Assembly (NCBI GenBank): GCA_023245265.1
Contig: JAHFKQ010000001.1
Coordinates: 1 to 43,617, forward strand
Reading direction: 5' to 3'
DNA from: Candidatus Collierbacteria bacterium
GTDB lineage: Bacteria > Patescibacteriota > Microgenomatia > UBA1400 > MFAQ01
Length of the DNA: 43,617 nt
A model generated the notes under the pieces. It was not told the origin of the DNA. It did not search any database and was given only the letters and a program-made list of their open reading frames with translations. Shown here piece by piece: positions 31,299-41,333 of the stretch (its first letter is position 1; every line of letters begins with the position of its first letter). The translations under genes and the position numbers were made by a program.

Positions 31299-32825
31299 CT
31301 ATCGCTCTTTTTTATTCATTAGTTCCAAGTTTCTCTGGCACAGCTGATTCCCGGGTCTGGCTAGGAGGCACTCCTCGAACTTCTTTTTCGCCTCCACAGT
31401 CTTGCCGGTCATCAGGTCATACATGCCCCAGTTATTCAACAGCTCGGGGTATTGAGGATAGATTTCATTTGCCTCCTCCATCAACACCTTAGCCGCCGGC
31501 AAATCTTGTTTAAGGAGGTACATCGCCGCCGCATTATTTTTCGCCATCACACTGTCCGAAGCATAGGTCGCATCGTGGATAAACAATCTCTCCTGACTCA
31601 ACCAGTCAAAGTTTCTGATCATCGTCCGCCCCATAAATAGTATCAAAATAATAACTAATGCTGTTGCAGAAGTTCTAGCCAAAACCGCAAGGACCATGTA
31701 CATGAGAGCCGAAGGGAATCCGCCGTCGGCGGACGAAACAGTTACGCGGGAGTACGGAATTTGGCGAACTTCGAAACAGCCGAGTAGACACATCACCACC
31801 CCTAAACTCGGCCAAAACCACAATCTCTCTCCAAAAATAGTGCCAATGGGAAACAGAAGATTCCCGGTCATCAAGATTGGACCCCAAAACAGTATCAATC
31901 CCATTACCCACAGCTTATTTTTTCGCCAATCATTTTTTAATAAACTCAAAATAGATCCACCCATCATCCCTAATCCCAAAATTACCTTCCAATTCCACCA
32001 TTCCTTAACCATTTTTATCTGGTTATACGAATAGTCATAGCTCAGATTTTTCGGATAGATGATTTTACCCACCCCAAAAGGAAGTATTGCCAAAGCGTTC
32101 ATCACTCTTTTTTCGACCGACATAAATTTAAGTGGGTTTTCCACCATTGTCGCGGCGTTCCCTATTCCCCAGCCCCCAAGAACTACCAACCGTAAAAGAA
32201 TTAAGCCTATTAGCGCCATCCCCACAAAGAAACCAGCCCCTCCCTTTTCTTCTTTTTTAATTTCACTATTGGACCAAATTAAATACCATACCAAGGGCAC
32301 TCCCGCCATCGCCGTCTCTTTCGACAGCATAGCCAGAAATAATAAAAGTGCGGTTAGCTCCCACTTTTTCTCCATACTTTTCCCTATCGCCCAGAGAACC
32401 AATCCAAGCGCTAGCAACTCTGCCCGACCCACAATATTGTTAACAGCCTCGGTATGGATTGGTAAAACAGTAAATAAAATCGTGCCCCAAAAAGCCCTAT
32501 TCTCACTCGTCCATTTTTGGAGCACCTGATAAACCAGCCCACAAACCCAAGCATAAATCAAAATATTACCCAATCGAAAACCCCATGCTTCTTTGCCGAT
32601 TATCAGAGCGTTCAGATAAAAACTAAATGTGGTCAGTGGCCGATAAACCGAGAAATCATTTCCTACTGTGTAGTAATAAGGCCGCGTCCAAGTTTTTATC
32701 AGTGAACCGGCATTACCCATGTCCGGATCTTCCGAGATTACTTTGATATCATCTTGCACCAAACCACCAAAGAGACTCACCGCATACAAAACAAAGGCCA
32801 ACGAAAAAATTACCCATCCTCTCAT
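31299..32825 (-). CDS. TMTC-like GT-C glycosyltransferase with a C-terminal TPR
   Basis: QDD, YRPL, IHTEAV..IVGRAELL, SKE, ENPL, LSYDYS, ER and TPR-like tail. Confidence 0.85.
   Translation of the reverse strand: MRGWVIFSLAFVLYAVSLFGGLVQDDIKVISEDPDMGNAGSLIKTWTRPYYYTVGNDFSVYRPLTTFSFYLNALIIGKEAWGFRLGNILIYAWVCGLVYQVLQKWTSENRAFWGTILFTVLPIHTEAVNNIVGRAELLALGLVLWAIGKSMEKKWELTALLLFLAMLSKETAMAGVPLVWYLIWSNSEIKKEEKGGAGFFVGMALIGLILLRLVVLGGWGIGNAATMVENPLKFMSVEKRVMNALAILPFGVGKIIYPKNLSYDYSYNQIKMVKEWWNWKVILGLGMMGGSILSLLKNDWRKNKLWVMGLILFWGPILMTGNLLFPIGTIFGERLWFWPSLGVVMCLLGCFEVRQIPYSRVTVSSADGGFPSALMYMVLAVLARTSATALVIILILFMGRTMIRNFDWLSQERLFIHDATYASDSVMAKNNAAAMYLLKQDLPAAKVLMEEANEIYPQYPELLNNWGMYDLMTGKTVEAKKKFEECLLARPGNQLCQRNLELMNKKER
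31660..31780. mobile_element. RPE/MITE-like palindrome inserted in frame in the TMTC-like gene
   Basis: Nested inverted repeats GCTGTT/AACAGC, GAAGTTC/GAACTTC, GCCAAA/TTTGGC and CCG/CGG; inner hairpin TCCGCC-gtc-GGCGGA. Confidence 0.72.
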
Positions 32826-33072
32826 ATCTCAATTGTATCGTTCAAACACTCTGCTTCTTGGTCGCTTCTTTTATCCGATACTCACTTTGACCCTCTTTTT
32901 TCTCCTTCTGACTCATTCCCGATTTTTTCTCTTTTGCCAGGCGAATTTGTTCCTCGGATTTCTTGAATTGATTATGAAATTCCGGACTATAAACCGTATT
33001 TTTTTGCCTCATACCATAAGGTTAGCACACACCTCTAGTAAGATGCTCTTTTTTTCGTGATATATTTGTTTT

Positions 33073-33348
33073 ATGGACGGAGAACATTTTCCCTCAATAC
33101 TAAGTAAGATAGCAGCTAAAGAGAAAGATAAATCTTTATCCCTAAGTCAAGATGAGTCTAATGTTTCATTGACCCCGGAAGCCCAAAAAGCTGAGGATAC
33201 GAAAAGAGCACTAGCCAGAGTCAGTAAGGCTGGAATTGGTGGTGAACCACCACTGTCAGAATATGAAAGAAATCTTATCGTCGAGGCAGAGGCCAAAAGA
33301 ACCACTCAAACTGATTATGTTCCCCTAAAAGACCGCCGAGGACGATAA
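33073..33348 (+). CDS. Small charged hypothetical protein
   Basis: TATATT, 6 nt, ATG; stop codon abuts the convergent operon. Confidence 0.6.
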   Translation: MDGEHFPSILSKIAAKEKDKSLSLSQDESNVSLTPEAQKAEDTKRALARVSKAGIGGEPPLSEYERNLIVEAEAKRTTQTDYVPLKDRRGR

Positions 33349-34272
33349 TTAATTCTGTACTATCTTCTCCGCCACATTGATTCCCAGCTTACTTCTCTCA
33401 AACCACTTAAACTGAGCCGTGCGGTTCACTTCAAAAATGCGCCATTGCTTGGCTTCTTCATCCCAAGCGATATCTAGTCCGGCAAAGTCGGCTTTCAAAA
33501 CTCTCATGGCCGCCAGAGCGGTCGTTTTCAATTCTTCCATCTGCTCCTTTGTAAATTTCGGTTTTATTTTGGACAGTTCCTCTTGCTGAGAGAGCACTTG
33601 AAATTTATCCTTTTGTTTATGGGGCATCATCCCAAGCACCATTCCATTCAAAACGAGCACTCTATACCAACGACGAACCTTGAGTACCGGTTGAATTAGT
33701 ACATCTCCCTCACTATATTTCAGCGATAATTTGGTTAATTTTTCCAAACTCTCCGCCAATTTCACATTTTTGCCGTGAGACCCAAATCGAGCTTTCACCA
33801 TCACCGGCACAAACTCGCTTTTTCTTTTGGCTAGAATTTCCAAGTATCTTTTCCAACCTCTCTTCCCTTGAAATGACACAAAAGGAATTACAGGTAGTCC
33901 GGCTTCGGCCAGGAGAATTCCCTGTTCCAGTTTTCCCATTAAGGGAAAGAGTTTAAAACTTTCGCCATTAATGACTTTAATTTCTTTCTCGGGAGTCTTA
34001 ATCTGTTGTACATACTCCAAAATCACCGACTTCACTCCCAGCATACTGGCTCCACCCCTTTTGGTGGCCGCTCTCGGCACGATCAAGTCATACTCCTCCA
34101 ATTTCCGGCCGGTGCCCAAATCCACTATTGGTTTACCCAGCTTACTCACCCCAATGCGAACATGTTCATAATTTACCTTGTCCACCACATACCCCATTTT
34201 TTCGGCCTCTTCAGCCAATCTCTTGGGTTCATACTCCCCTCTAAATCTGGTTAAAATTAAAACCTTTTTCAT
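33349..34272 (-). CDS. RimK-like ATP-grasp ligase 2
   Basis: K..Q..LLAEAGLP, VK..FGSHG, LIQ, FAGLDI and FEVN motifs. Confidence 0.85.
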   Translation of the reverse strand: MKKVLILTRFRGEYEPKRLAEEAEKMGYVVDKVNYEHVRIGVSKLGKPIVDLGTGRKLEEYDLIVPRAATKRGGASMLGVKSVILEYVQQIKTPEKEIKVINGESFKLFPLMGKLEQGILLAEAGLPVIPFVSFQGKRGWKRYLEILAKRKSEFVPVMVKARFGSHGKNVKLAESLEKLTKLSLKYSEGDVLIQPVLKVRRWYRVLVLNGMVLGMMPHKQKDKFQVLSQQEELSKIKPKFTKEQMEELKTTALAAMRVLKADFAGLDIAWDEEAKQWRIFEVNRTAQFKWFERSKLGINVAEKIVQN

Positions 34273-35180
34273 TTTGAAAATTTCTCTTTACAATAACTGA
34301 GAATCGCCTGAGCCGCGTTAATTTTTGTTCTCTTTTCAAAGACCTTAAACTGCGGCGCCTCGTTCACCTCGACGATGTAGAGCTTCCCCGTTACTAGGTC
34401 ACGGATGATATCCGTCCCCGCCACTTCTACCTCTAGGCACTTGGCCGCTCTTTCGGCAATCTCGATTACATCTGCCGGTAAATCTTTGACCGCTACCGAG
34501 TTCCCCTGGCTCTTATTCAATATCAATTTTTCTTCTTTGACCATTCGCTTAAAACCACCGATACATTTGTATCCCACCGTCATCACTCGGTAGTCTCCGT
34601 CGTTGCGGATATATTCTTGGATCAGAAAACCTCTCATCGGTACCACTCGACCACCTTCAAGCTTGGCCTTTTCGCGTCGTCCCTCCAGCACATGAATTAG
34701 TTTTTCAATATCTTCCATTTCCCGAATCCAGAAAGTGCCCATTCCATGGCGTCCACCTTGGGACAGTTTCACAATCGCGGGGAACTGCCAGTTTTGAAGC
34801 TCTTTTTTAAGGTCAAGGAGACTCTCTACATAAGCAGACTTGGGATAGTTCACCCCGGCTTCAAGTAGTTGCCAGGTCATAATCGATTTATATCTTCTTA
34901 GTGGTCCTTCAGTTTTGAGGTACTCATCCACCATTGGAATGTTATGTTTCCGCGCATAAAGTTGCAGTAGCTTACTCCATTCGAGCTCCGACCCTACCGA
35001 TCGAAGATACCACCCGTCAAAATCTTTTAGATCCTTTTCTCCATACCAGATTCGGTCACCGATCAGTTTCAATTTCCGGTATTTTATTGGCACCAGCTCA
35101 ATCCCCATTTTTTCGGCCTCGGCCAAAAATCTGGCTTCACTTTCATCAAAAGTAATTCTATGTAAGTAAGCGATTTTCAT
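34269..35180 (-). CDS. RimK/LysX-like ATP-grasp ligase 1
   Basis: VK...GRHGMG, IQEYI, DYRV, AGTDI and EVNEAPQF motifs. Confidence 0.88.
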   Translation of the reverse strand: MKIAYLHRITFDESEARFLAEAEKMGIELVPIKYRKLKLIGDRIWYGEKDLKDFDGWYLRSVGSELEWSKLLQLYARKHNIPMVDEYLKTEGPLRRYKSIMTWQLLEAGVNYPKSAYVESLLDLKKELQNWQFPAIVKLSQGGRHGMGTFWIREMEDIEKLIHVLEGRREKAKLEGGRVVPMRGFLIQEYIRNDGDYRVMTVGYKCIGGFKRMVKEEKLILNKSQGNSVAVKDLPADVIEIAERAAKCLEVEVAGTDIIRDLVTGKLYIVEVNEAPQFKVFEKRTKINAAQAILSYCKEKFSK

Positions 35181-35182
35181 CG

Positions 35183-36487
35183 TTATTTTCTAATTTTTAT
35201 TAGTCCCGGGTCGACCACAAAATCTCTCAGATCTCTCCGGCCTATCAGTAGCTGACGACGGAGATTTTTTCTGTCCGTCAAATTAGCTCTGGTCTTAATA
35301 ATCTTACCTTTTAATTTGATCGTAATGGCCACTTGGGTTCTTTCTTCAGTTCCCATAGAGTTTTTCACTTTCTTTGTCCAGAGAACATTTTCCGGCGTCA
35401 ACAGACCGAGTTCCAAAGCCATCCCTTGGTCGATAGAGGTGCCTTTGGCTCCAGTATCTATCTTGGCTCGTACTTCAATCATTTTCTTTTTCCCATTTTT
35501 GATGCTCACTTTTTCAAAGATACCAATGACCGGTTTTTCCTCCCCAGTAAAGCGGACCCGATTGGCGAATTTACTGGCAAAAAGAGCCTTACCTATTTTG
35601 ACTCCCTTTTCGGCTTCTTCGACTTCGAGCCCTTCGACTCTTTCCAGTCTGCGTCTTAGCCCAGTCATATTAGCGAGCTGGATTGAGAGACCGGGTTGGT
35701 CATTTAACTCCAGCACCACCGGTCCTTTTTCTTCGTCGATCAGCATGTCTACCGATAAATATTTCAGATTCGAGACCATCTCCGTCTCGACCGCCATCTT
35801 CAAGATCTTGTTCCAGTAAGGCACCGCGATACCATTCACCTTGATATTTGTATCGGGAAAATACTTGACTGGTCCATTTTTATAAACTCCATGAGTGGTA
35901 ATCCCGGTTGCCATGTCTATACCTAGTCCGATAGCTCCTTGATGCAGGTTCGCCTTTCCACTACTTTCTTCGGTTGGCAGACGAAGCATGGCCATCACCG
36001 GCACTCGGTTAAAGACAATTACCCGCACATCGGGAGCACCGCCTACAGCCAATTTCTTAAATTTCGGGTGAATTTTTATTCTCTCTTCGATCATCGCCTT
36101 ATCCGGCAGATTATTATGAGAGTATTTTCCTTCAATGATATCCAAAGCGTGCAGCACCAAGTCGGCCGTCCCGATTTTTTTGCCATCCACCGTCAGGAAA
36201 TAACCCTTTTCTTTGGCCGGTTTCCGAATCAAAAGAATTCCTTGTCCTCCAAAACCTTGTACCGGCTTAATGGCAAATCCTTCTTTCAGTTTGTTCCAGT
36301 TAAAGGCTCTTACCTCGGCCTGTTCCCCCATCACCCCCAAAAGTTTTGGGTGCGGCACTTGAGCCCTTTTAAGCATTCTTTTAGTCATCAGCTTATCGTC
36401 GGCCCGTTTACGGGCTGTTTTTCGATTGAGCGACAAATAGTCGGCGGACCGGGCATTGAGTCCTAAAATATCGGATAGTCTAGGCAT
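35183..36487 (-). CDS. Alpha-L-glutamate ligase-like (ATPgrasp_ST) protein fused to a retropepsin-like aspartyl protease
   Basis: ILGLNAR, ADDK, IKP..GFGG.GI, PDVRVIV, MAMLRLPT..S.GKANLHQGA and LELN.PGL.IQLAN; C-terminal AKIDTGA...LIGR. Confidence 0.9.
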   Translation of the reverse strand: MPRLSDILGLNARSADYLSLNRKTARKRADDKLMTKRMLKRAQVPHPKLLGVMGEQAEVRAFNWNKLKEGFAIKPVQGFGGQGILLIRKPAKEKGYFLTVDGKKIGTADLVLHALDIIEGKYSHNNLPDKAMIEERIKIHPKFKKLAVGGAPDVRVIVFNRVPVMAMLRLPTEESSGKANLHQGAIGLGIDMATGITTHGVYKNGPVKYFPDTNIKVNGIAVPYWNKILKMAVETEMVSNLKYLSVDMLIDEEKGPVVLELNDQPGLSIQLANMTGLRRRLERVEGLEVEEAEKGVKIGKALFASKFANRVRFTGEEKPVIGIFEKVSIKNGKKKMIEVRAKIDTGAKGTSIDQGMALELGLLTPENVLWTKKVKNSMGTEERTQVAITIKLKGKIIKTRANLTDRKNLRRQLLIGRRDLRDFVVDPGLIKIRK

Positions 36488-37357
36488 TTATTTGGAAAGT
36501 AGTTTTCTAAAGCGCCAAATTTCCAAGAGGCGTAAACCCTTATATTTTCCAATCAAGAGGTCAATCATCAGAATCAAGAAGACCGTCATTTCAGGGTTAA
36601 GTAAGACCAGGGCTTGAACCAACGGATTACTAATCACTTTATAAGCGATAAAGGCCAAGACCACCGTTTCCATCGTCATGCCAAAGGAGGTAGCCATATT
36701 TCTCGTGATCTGAGCTTCAATGAAAGTCTCAGCCAAAAGCACAAAAAGCATAATCGGGAAAATACCCACCGTCGCCAGTCTTTCCAGGCCAATAACCGGG
36801 GATAGAATCAGAAGCCCCAAAACTGCCATGGAAATCAGCCAAATCAAGATTGCCAGTTTAGGCAAGTACGGCACCTTTATCTTCTTAATAGCTACTCGTC
36901 CGAGAGTCGCGGCCAGGAGAATAAAGGCCAGTAGTACCAATCCGACCAAGCCTCCGGTAGAGAGAAAAGCCACCGAAAGGAGGGCCGGCACAATCATGCC
37001 AAAGCCACTGACTCCAACAACCTGTCGGGAAAAGGCCACCAAAGCCGCTACCAGCGGAAAAAGGAACAATAAAACCAGCGTATTGGGAGACACCCCGTCG
37101 GCTACCGCACGATGCAGGGCGATTTTCAAGAAGTTTCCCGCCCACCAACCCTTGATTTTCTGAGTCGTGAGTAAGGTGGTCAAACGGTTTTGTTCTTCTC
37201 TGGGGGCGGTCAAATCGGCCGGTTTCTCTTCCTGTTCAGCCACCAAAACTGCCGCGGAGGTCGCGGTCATACTGGGTGATGGTTTGGGCAGAGCCAAAAC
37301 AGGGGAATTACCAAGTAAAAATAAGCATAATGAAAGCCATATCGCCATTTTTTTCAT
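36488..37357 (-). CDS. 7TM_transglut-type membrane protein
   Basis: P...LVAFSRQVVGVSGFG, FPI, E and GKYKGLRLLEIWRF motifs. Confidence 0.85.
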   Translation of the reverse strand: MKKMAIWLSLCLFLLGNSPVLALPKPSPSMTATSAAVLVAEQEEKPADLTAPREEQNRLTTLLTTQKIKGWWAGNFLKIALHRAVADGVSPNTLVLLFLFPLVAALVAFSRQVVGVSGFGMIVPALLSVAFLSTGGLVGLVLLAFILLAATLGRVAIKKIKVPYLPKLAILIWLISMAVLGLLILSPVIGLERLATVGIFPIMLFVLLAETFIEAQITRNMATSFGMTMETVVLAFIAYKVISNPLVQALVLLNPEMTVFLILMIDLLIGKYKGLRLLEIWRFRKLLSK

Positions 37358-37422
37358 GTAGGGTATTTTACCCTATAACTACTCTAATCACCAGTCGCAG
37401 AATGGATTTTGCTCCATCTTCC

Positions 37423-38157
37423 TTATTTCGCCGGTGTGAAGAGATCGTCATGCATCTCCCAGAACTTACCTTGCTCACCGGCACACAGGGCCGCTTCAGC
37501 CGCTTTCTGGGCCAAAGGGTGGAAGGACAAGGGGAAACTCTTGTACTCCAAACTAATTTTGCCTGCGTATTTCTGCATTATGGCAGTTATCGTTGGGAAA
37601 GCTCTCTCACAGAAAGGGCATTCAAAATCGGTAAACTCAACTATTTTAATTTTGGCATTTTTATCCCCGGTTACATAGCTGTCGGCCAAATTCAGTTTAA
37701 CCCTGGTACCCGCTTCACCGAGGGCCTTAGCCGCGGCCGGTCCTCCCCCATTTTTTAATTCGGCATCAATAATACTTTCAAAACTCGACTGCGGCTGAGC
37801 TCCTACTACCATCACTCCATTGATGAAGAATGAAGGCGTACCACTGACTCCCAGGGCCGCCCCTTCCTTTTGTTCGGCTGCCACTCTATTTGCAGTCGCA
37901 CCACTATCCAAACATGCATCAAACTTTGATGTATCTAAACCCAATTTCTTTGCTCTCTCTTTTAGGCTAGCCACATCCAGTTTTCTTTCCGGTGCCGCCG
38001 GTGCTTGAGCTGTCGGGGCTGTGGTTTCACTTCCAGCCACTTTTTTCAGGCCATCGACTTGAGACGATAATCGGCCGATATAGAAAGCCGCTACCAAAAG
38101 TAGTACCACCATAACGGGGGCGTAGAACTTAGAGAGATCTTGAGTTTTTTCAGACAT
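37423..38157 (-). CDS. Membrane-anchored DsbA/BdbD-like oxidoreductase, circularly permuted
   Basis: The GVSGTPSFFING..GAQP half precedes the VEFTDFECPFC..FPL..QGKFWEMHD half. Confidence 0.88.
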   Translation of the reverse strand: MSEKTQDLSKFYAPVMVVLLLVAAFYIGRLSSQVDGLKKVAGSETTAPTAQAPAAPERKLDVASLKERAKKLGLDTSKFDACLDSGATANRVAAEQKEGAALGVSGTPSFFINGVMVVGAQPQSSFESIIDAELKNGGGPAAAKALGEAGTRVKLNLADSYVTGDKNAKIKIVEFTDFECPFCERAFPTITAIMQKYAGKISLEYKSFPLSFHPLAQKAAEAALCAGEQGKFWEMHDDLFTPAK

Positions 38158-38188
38158 AGAAGAATAATAACAGAATTATTGAAAAACA

Positions 38189-40498
38189 CTACCCCACCAC
38201 GAAGTTCAAAGCTTTTCCTTTGATATAGATTACTTTTTTTATTTCTCCCTCAGCTAAAAATTTCGCGATTTTTTCCTCTCGCTTCGCCTTTTCAATCACT
38301 TCCTCTTCGGTTGCTTCCGGTTTTATCTCGATCACCCCTCGCACCTTTCCATTTACTTGTACGGCCAAGGAAAGAAACTCACTCACCAAAAATTTCTCTT
38401 CAGCTACCGGAAAGGCTTGGGAGTGAACACTGCCGTGTCCTCCCAGAACCACCCAAAGTTCTTGAGCTACAAATGGGGCCAGTGGAGCGATTACTTTTAC
38501 CATGGCTCGTAAATCCTCGTTTTCAATCGATCCGGTTATTTTTGCTAAACCATTCGTTGTCTCCATCAGTTTCGCCACGACGGTATTAAATTTAAATTCC
38601 TCAAGGTCTTCACCCGCGCTCTTCACCAATTTGTTTATCAATCTTTTCCCCTCCATCTCTTGTCCTGAGTTCTTACCTGCGTGTTCCGTCACCAATTTAT
38701 AGAATCTTTCCAAGAATCGGCTCACACCGATAAGGGATCTTTCATTCCAAGCCATCGTGGCATCAAAAGGCCCCATGAACGACATGTACATTCTCACCAC
38801 ATCGGTACCATATTTACTGGTCATTTCCTCCGGCGCGATCACATTTCCTTTACTCTTACTCATTCGTTTCCCATCGGGCGCCAAGATGACTCCATGAGAC
38901 AAGCGTTTTTTATATGGCTCAGGGTGCTCCTTGGGAACTACGCCCAAGTCAAATAAAAATTGGTATATAAATCTGGAATACAAAAGGTGCAGGGTATTGT
39001 GTTCATCACCCCCAATATACATATCGACCGGCAACCAGTACTTCATTTTTTCCATGTCCGCCAAGGCCGAACTATTTTTTGGATCACAGTACCGGAGGAA
39101 GTACCAGTCGCTCCCCGCCCAGTTGGGCATCGTGTCCGTTTCTCTTTTAGCTTCACCTCCACACTTGGGACACTTGGTGTCGACCCACTCTTTGATATTG
39201 GCGAGGGGGGATTCTCCCGTATCCGTCGGTTGGTATTTCTCTACCTTCGGTAAGACTATCGGCAGCTCATTTTCCGGCACACTGACCCAACCATCTTTTT
39301 TGCACCACACCATCGGGATTGGTTCCCCCCAGTAATGTTGCCGGGAAAAAATCCAGTCACGGAGGTGATAAGACACTTTTTTCTTACCCCAACCCTTATT
39401 TACTACTTCTCCCCACATCCCAATCTCCGGGATGGTCACTGCCTCAAAGCTTATCCCCATCTCTTTTGCAAAGTCCTTATCTCGCTCATCGTGCGACGGC
39501 ACTCCCATAATGGCTCCGGTACCAAAGTCCATCGACACATAATCCGCCACAAAAATAGGTACTTCTTTTCCGTTCAGCGGGTTTATCGCCCGGACCGTTA
39601 ATTTCACCCCTGTTTTTTGTTTTTCTTCTCGATTCTTGATATCTCTCTGTTTATATTTTTCGACATATCTTTTTACTTCGTCATTACCGAATTTTTCTGC
39701 CAACTTATGGTCGGGTGAAATGACCAAAAATTCTACGCCCGTCAAAGTGTCCGGTCTGGTGGTAAACACCCGAATTTTTTCTTCGCTACCCCCTATCAAA
39801 AATTCTATTTCCATCCCCTCTTTGCGGTCTATCCAGTTCACTTGGGCCGCTTTAACCTTTTCGATAAAATCCGTATTTTTCAAACCGTCAATCAGTCTGT
39901 CGGCATAATCGGTAATCTTCACCACCCACTGAGAAATGGTTCTTTTTTCCGTCTCGGCGCCACACCTCTCACACTTGCCGTCGATCACTTCCTCATTAGC
40001 CAAACCAATTTTATCTTTCGGACACCAGTTAATTGGCATCTCTTCTTTATGAGCCAAGCCTTTCTCAAAAAGTTTGATAAAGATCCACTGGGTCCATTTA
40101 TAGTACTCAGGCAGAGTCGTGTTTATTTCCCTGTCCCAGTCAAAAGAAAAGGCCATCCTCTTCATCTGTTCTTTGAACAGTTTGGTTATCCGGTCCGTTG
40201 TGACTTGGGGCTGAATCCCGGTTTTGATGGCGTAGTTTTCGGCCGGTAGACCAAAAGCATCCCACCCCATGGGAAACAAGACATTAAAACCTTTCATTCT
40301 TAGGTATCGGGCGTAGACATCGGAACCGGTCATCGAAAAAGCGTGACCCACATGGAGTCCTTCACCGGAGGGGTAGGGAAACTCGACCAAAACATACTTT
40401 TTCTCTCGCTTGTCAAAATCAACCCCCCGATTTATATCTCTGTCCTCAGGATTATCCATCCACTTCTTCTCAATTTCTCTAAAATCATAGCTCGCCAT
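38189..40498 (-). CDS. leuS: Leucine--tRNA ligase
   Basis: FPYPSG.GLHVGH, GWDAFGLPAEN, FTTRPDT, DWIFSRQ and RMSKS motifs; ATG 40498 lies 7 nt after TAGAAT. Confidence 0.97.
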   Translation of the reverse strand: MASYDFREIEKKWMDNPEDRDINRGVDFDKREKKYVLVEFPYPSGEGLHVGHAFSMTGSDVYARYLRMKGFNVLFPMGWDAFGLPAENYAIKTGIQPQVTTDRITKLFKEQMKRMAFSFDWDREINTTLPEYYKWTQWIFIKLFEKGLAHKEEMPINWCPKDKIGLANEEVIDGKCERCGAETEKRTISQWVVKITDYADRLIDGLKNTDFIEKVKAAQVNWIDRKEGMEIEFLIGGSEEKIRVFTTRPDTLTGVEFLVISPDHKLAEKFGNDEVKRYVEKYKQRDIKNREEKQKTGVKLTVRAINPLNGKEVPIFVADYVSMDFGTGAIMGVPSHDERDKDFAKEMGISFEAVTIPEIGMWGEVVNKGWGKKKVSYHLRDWIFSRQHYWGEPIPMVWCKKDGWVSVPENELPIVLPKVEKYQPTDTGESPLANIKEWVDTKCPKCGGEAKRETDTMPNWAGSDWYFLRYCDPKNSSALADMEKMKYWLPVDMYIGGDEHNTLHLLYSRFIYQFLFDLGVVPKEHPEPYKKRLSHGVILAPDGKRMSKSKGNVIAPEEMTSKYGTDVVRMYMSFMGPFDATMAWNERSLIGVSRFLERFYKLVTEHAGKNSGQEMEGKRLINKLVKSAGEDLEEFKFNTVVAKLMETTNGLAKITGSIENEDLRAMVKVIAPLAPFVAQELWVVLGGHGSVHSQAFPVAEEKFLVSEFLSLAVQVNGKVRGVIEIKPEATEEEVIEKAKREEKIAKFLAEGEIKKVIYIKGKALNFVVG

Positions 40499-40574
40499 AG
40501 GCATAATTCTACCACTCTCTCGCCTTGATTTTTGAGTTTTAGAGTTTTAGTTTTTTGTCAGTATAATCAAATCT

Positions 40575-41321
40575 ATGCACCTGACCGTCAAAGGTATTCG
40601 CACTAATTATGTCGATATTAACCGCAAAGGCTCAAAAACGATTGTTATTCTTCATGGTTGGGCTTCTTCTCTCTCCTTTTGGTTACCGGTCGCCCAGCTA
40701 CTTTCTCCCCATTGGCGTATTGTCTTGCTCGACTTACCCGGCTTCGGCTTAACTCCTCCCATCGACGACACCCCCGATATTCCCGAGTACACCCAGTTTG
40801 TCAGAAGTTTTACCCAAAAGCTCAAACTAAAGAAATTCATTTTGGTCGGTCACTCTTTCGGCGGTCAAATAGCTCTCGATTATGCTCTCAAGTTCCCAAC
40901 CGATCTTCTTACTTTAATTCTCGTCGCCCCTGCGGCCATCAAGGAAAGATCCCAAATCCTAAAACTCAAGCTCCGTTTGACGAATGCTCTTAAGCCTTTT
41001 TTATCCAAGTCTTCCTATAATTACCTCGAACAATACCTGGGCTGGTATACCCCGACCGATTATGCCCATGCGAATGAGTATCAGAAGAAAGTCCTTCAAA
41101 AAATTGTTAAATATAATTTAAAACCCCTACTCAAGAAGTTATCCGTTTTTACCGATATTATCTGGGGTAGTAACGACTTCATTATTCCCAATGCCGGCAA
41201 TTATTTGACCAAAAATATTTCCCAAAGCCGACTTCATATTATTCCGGGGGCAAACCATTTGCTCAATTTAACCCATCCTCAAGAGCTGGCCAAAGTCATC
41301 GGTGGAATTCTCAATTCCTAG
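40575..41321 (+). CDS. Alpha/beta hydrolase
   Basis: LHGW, DLPGFG, GHSFGG, WGSND and the catalytic H. Confidence 0.92.
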   Translation: MHLTVKGIRTNYVDINRKGSKTIVILHGWASSLSFWLPVAQLLSPHWRIVLLDLPGFGLTPPIDDTPDIPEYTQFVRSFTQKLKLKKFILVGHSFGGQIALDYALKFPTDLLTLILVAPAAIKERSQILKLKLRLTNALKPFLSKSSYNYLEQYLGWYTPTDYAHANEYQKKVLQKIVKYNLKPLLKKLSVFTDIIWGSNDFIIPNAGNYLTKNISQSRLHIIPGANHLLNLTHPQELAKVIGGILNS

Positions 41322-41333
41322 ATCCGATTACTC

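Noticed and set aside
31686..31757. 16S helix-27 fragment (CCGCAAGG, GGGAGTACGG)
   Set aside because: The two short matches are in reversed order and separated; a shared structural motif or chance is a better explanation
31700..31760. Hammerhead ribozyme (GAAAC present)
   Set aside because: No CUGANGA core found on either strand
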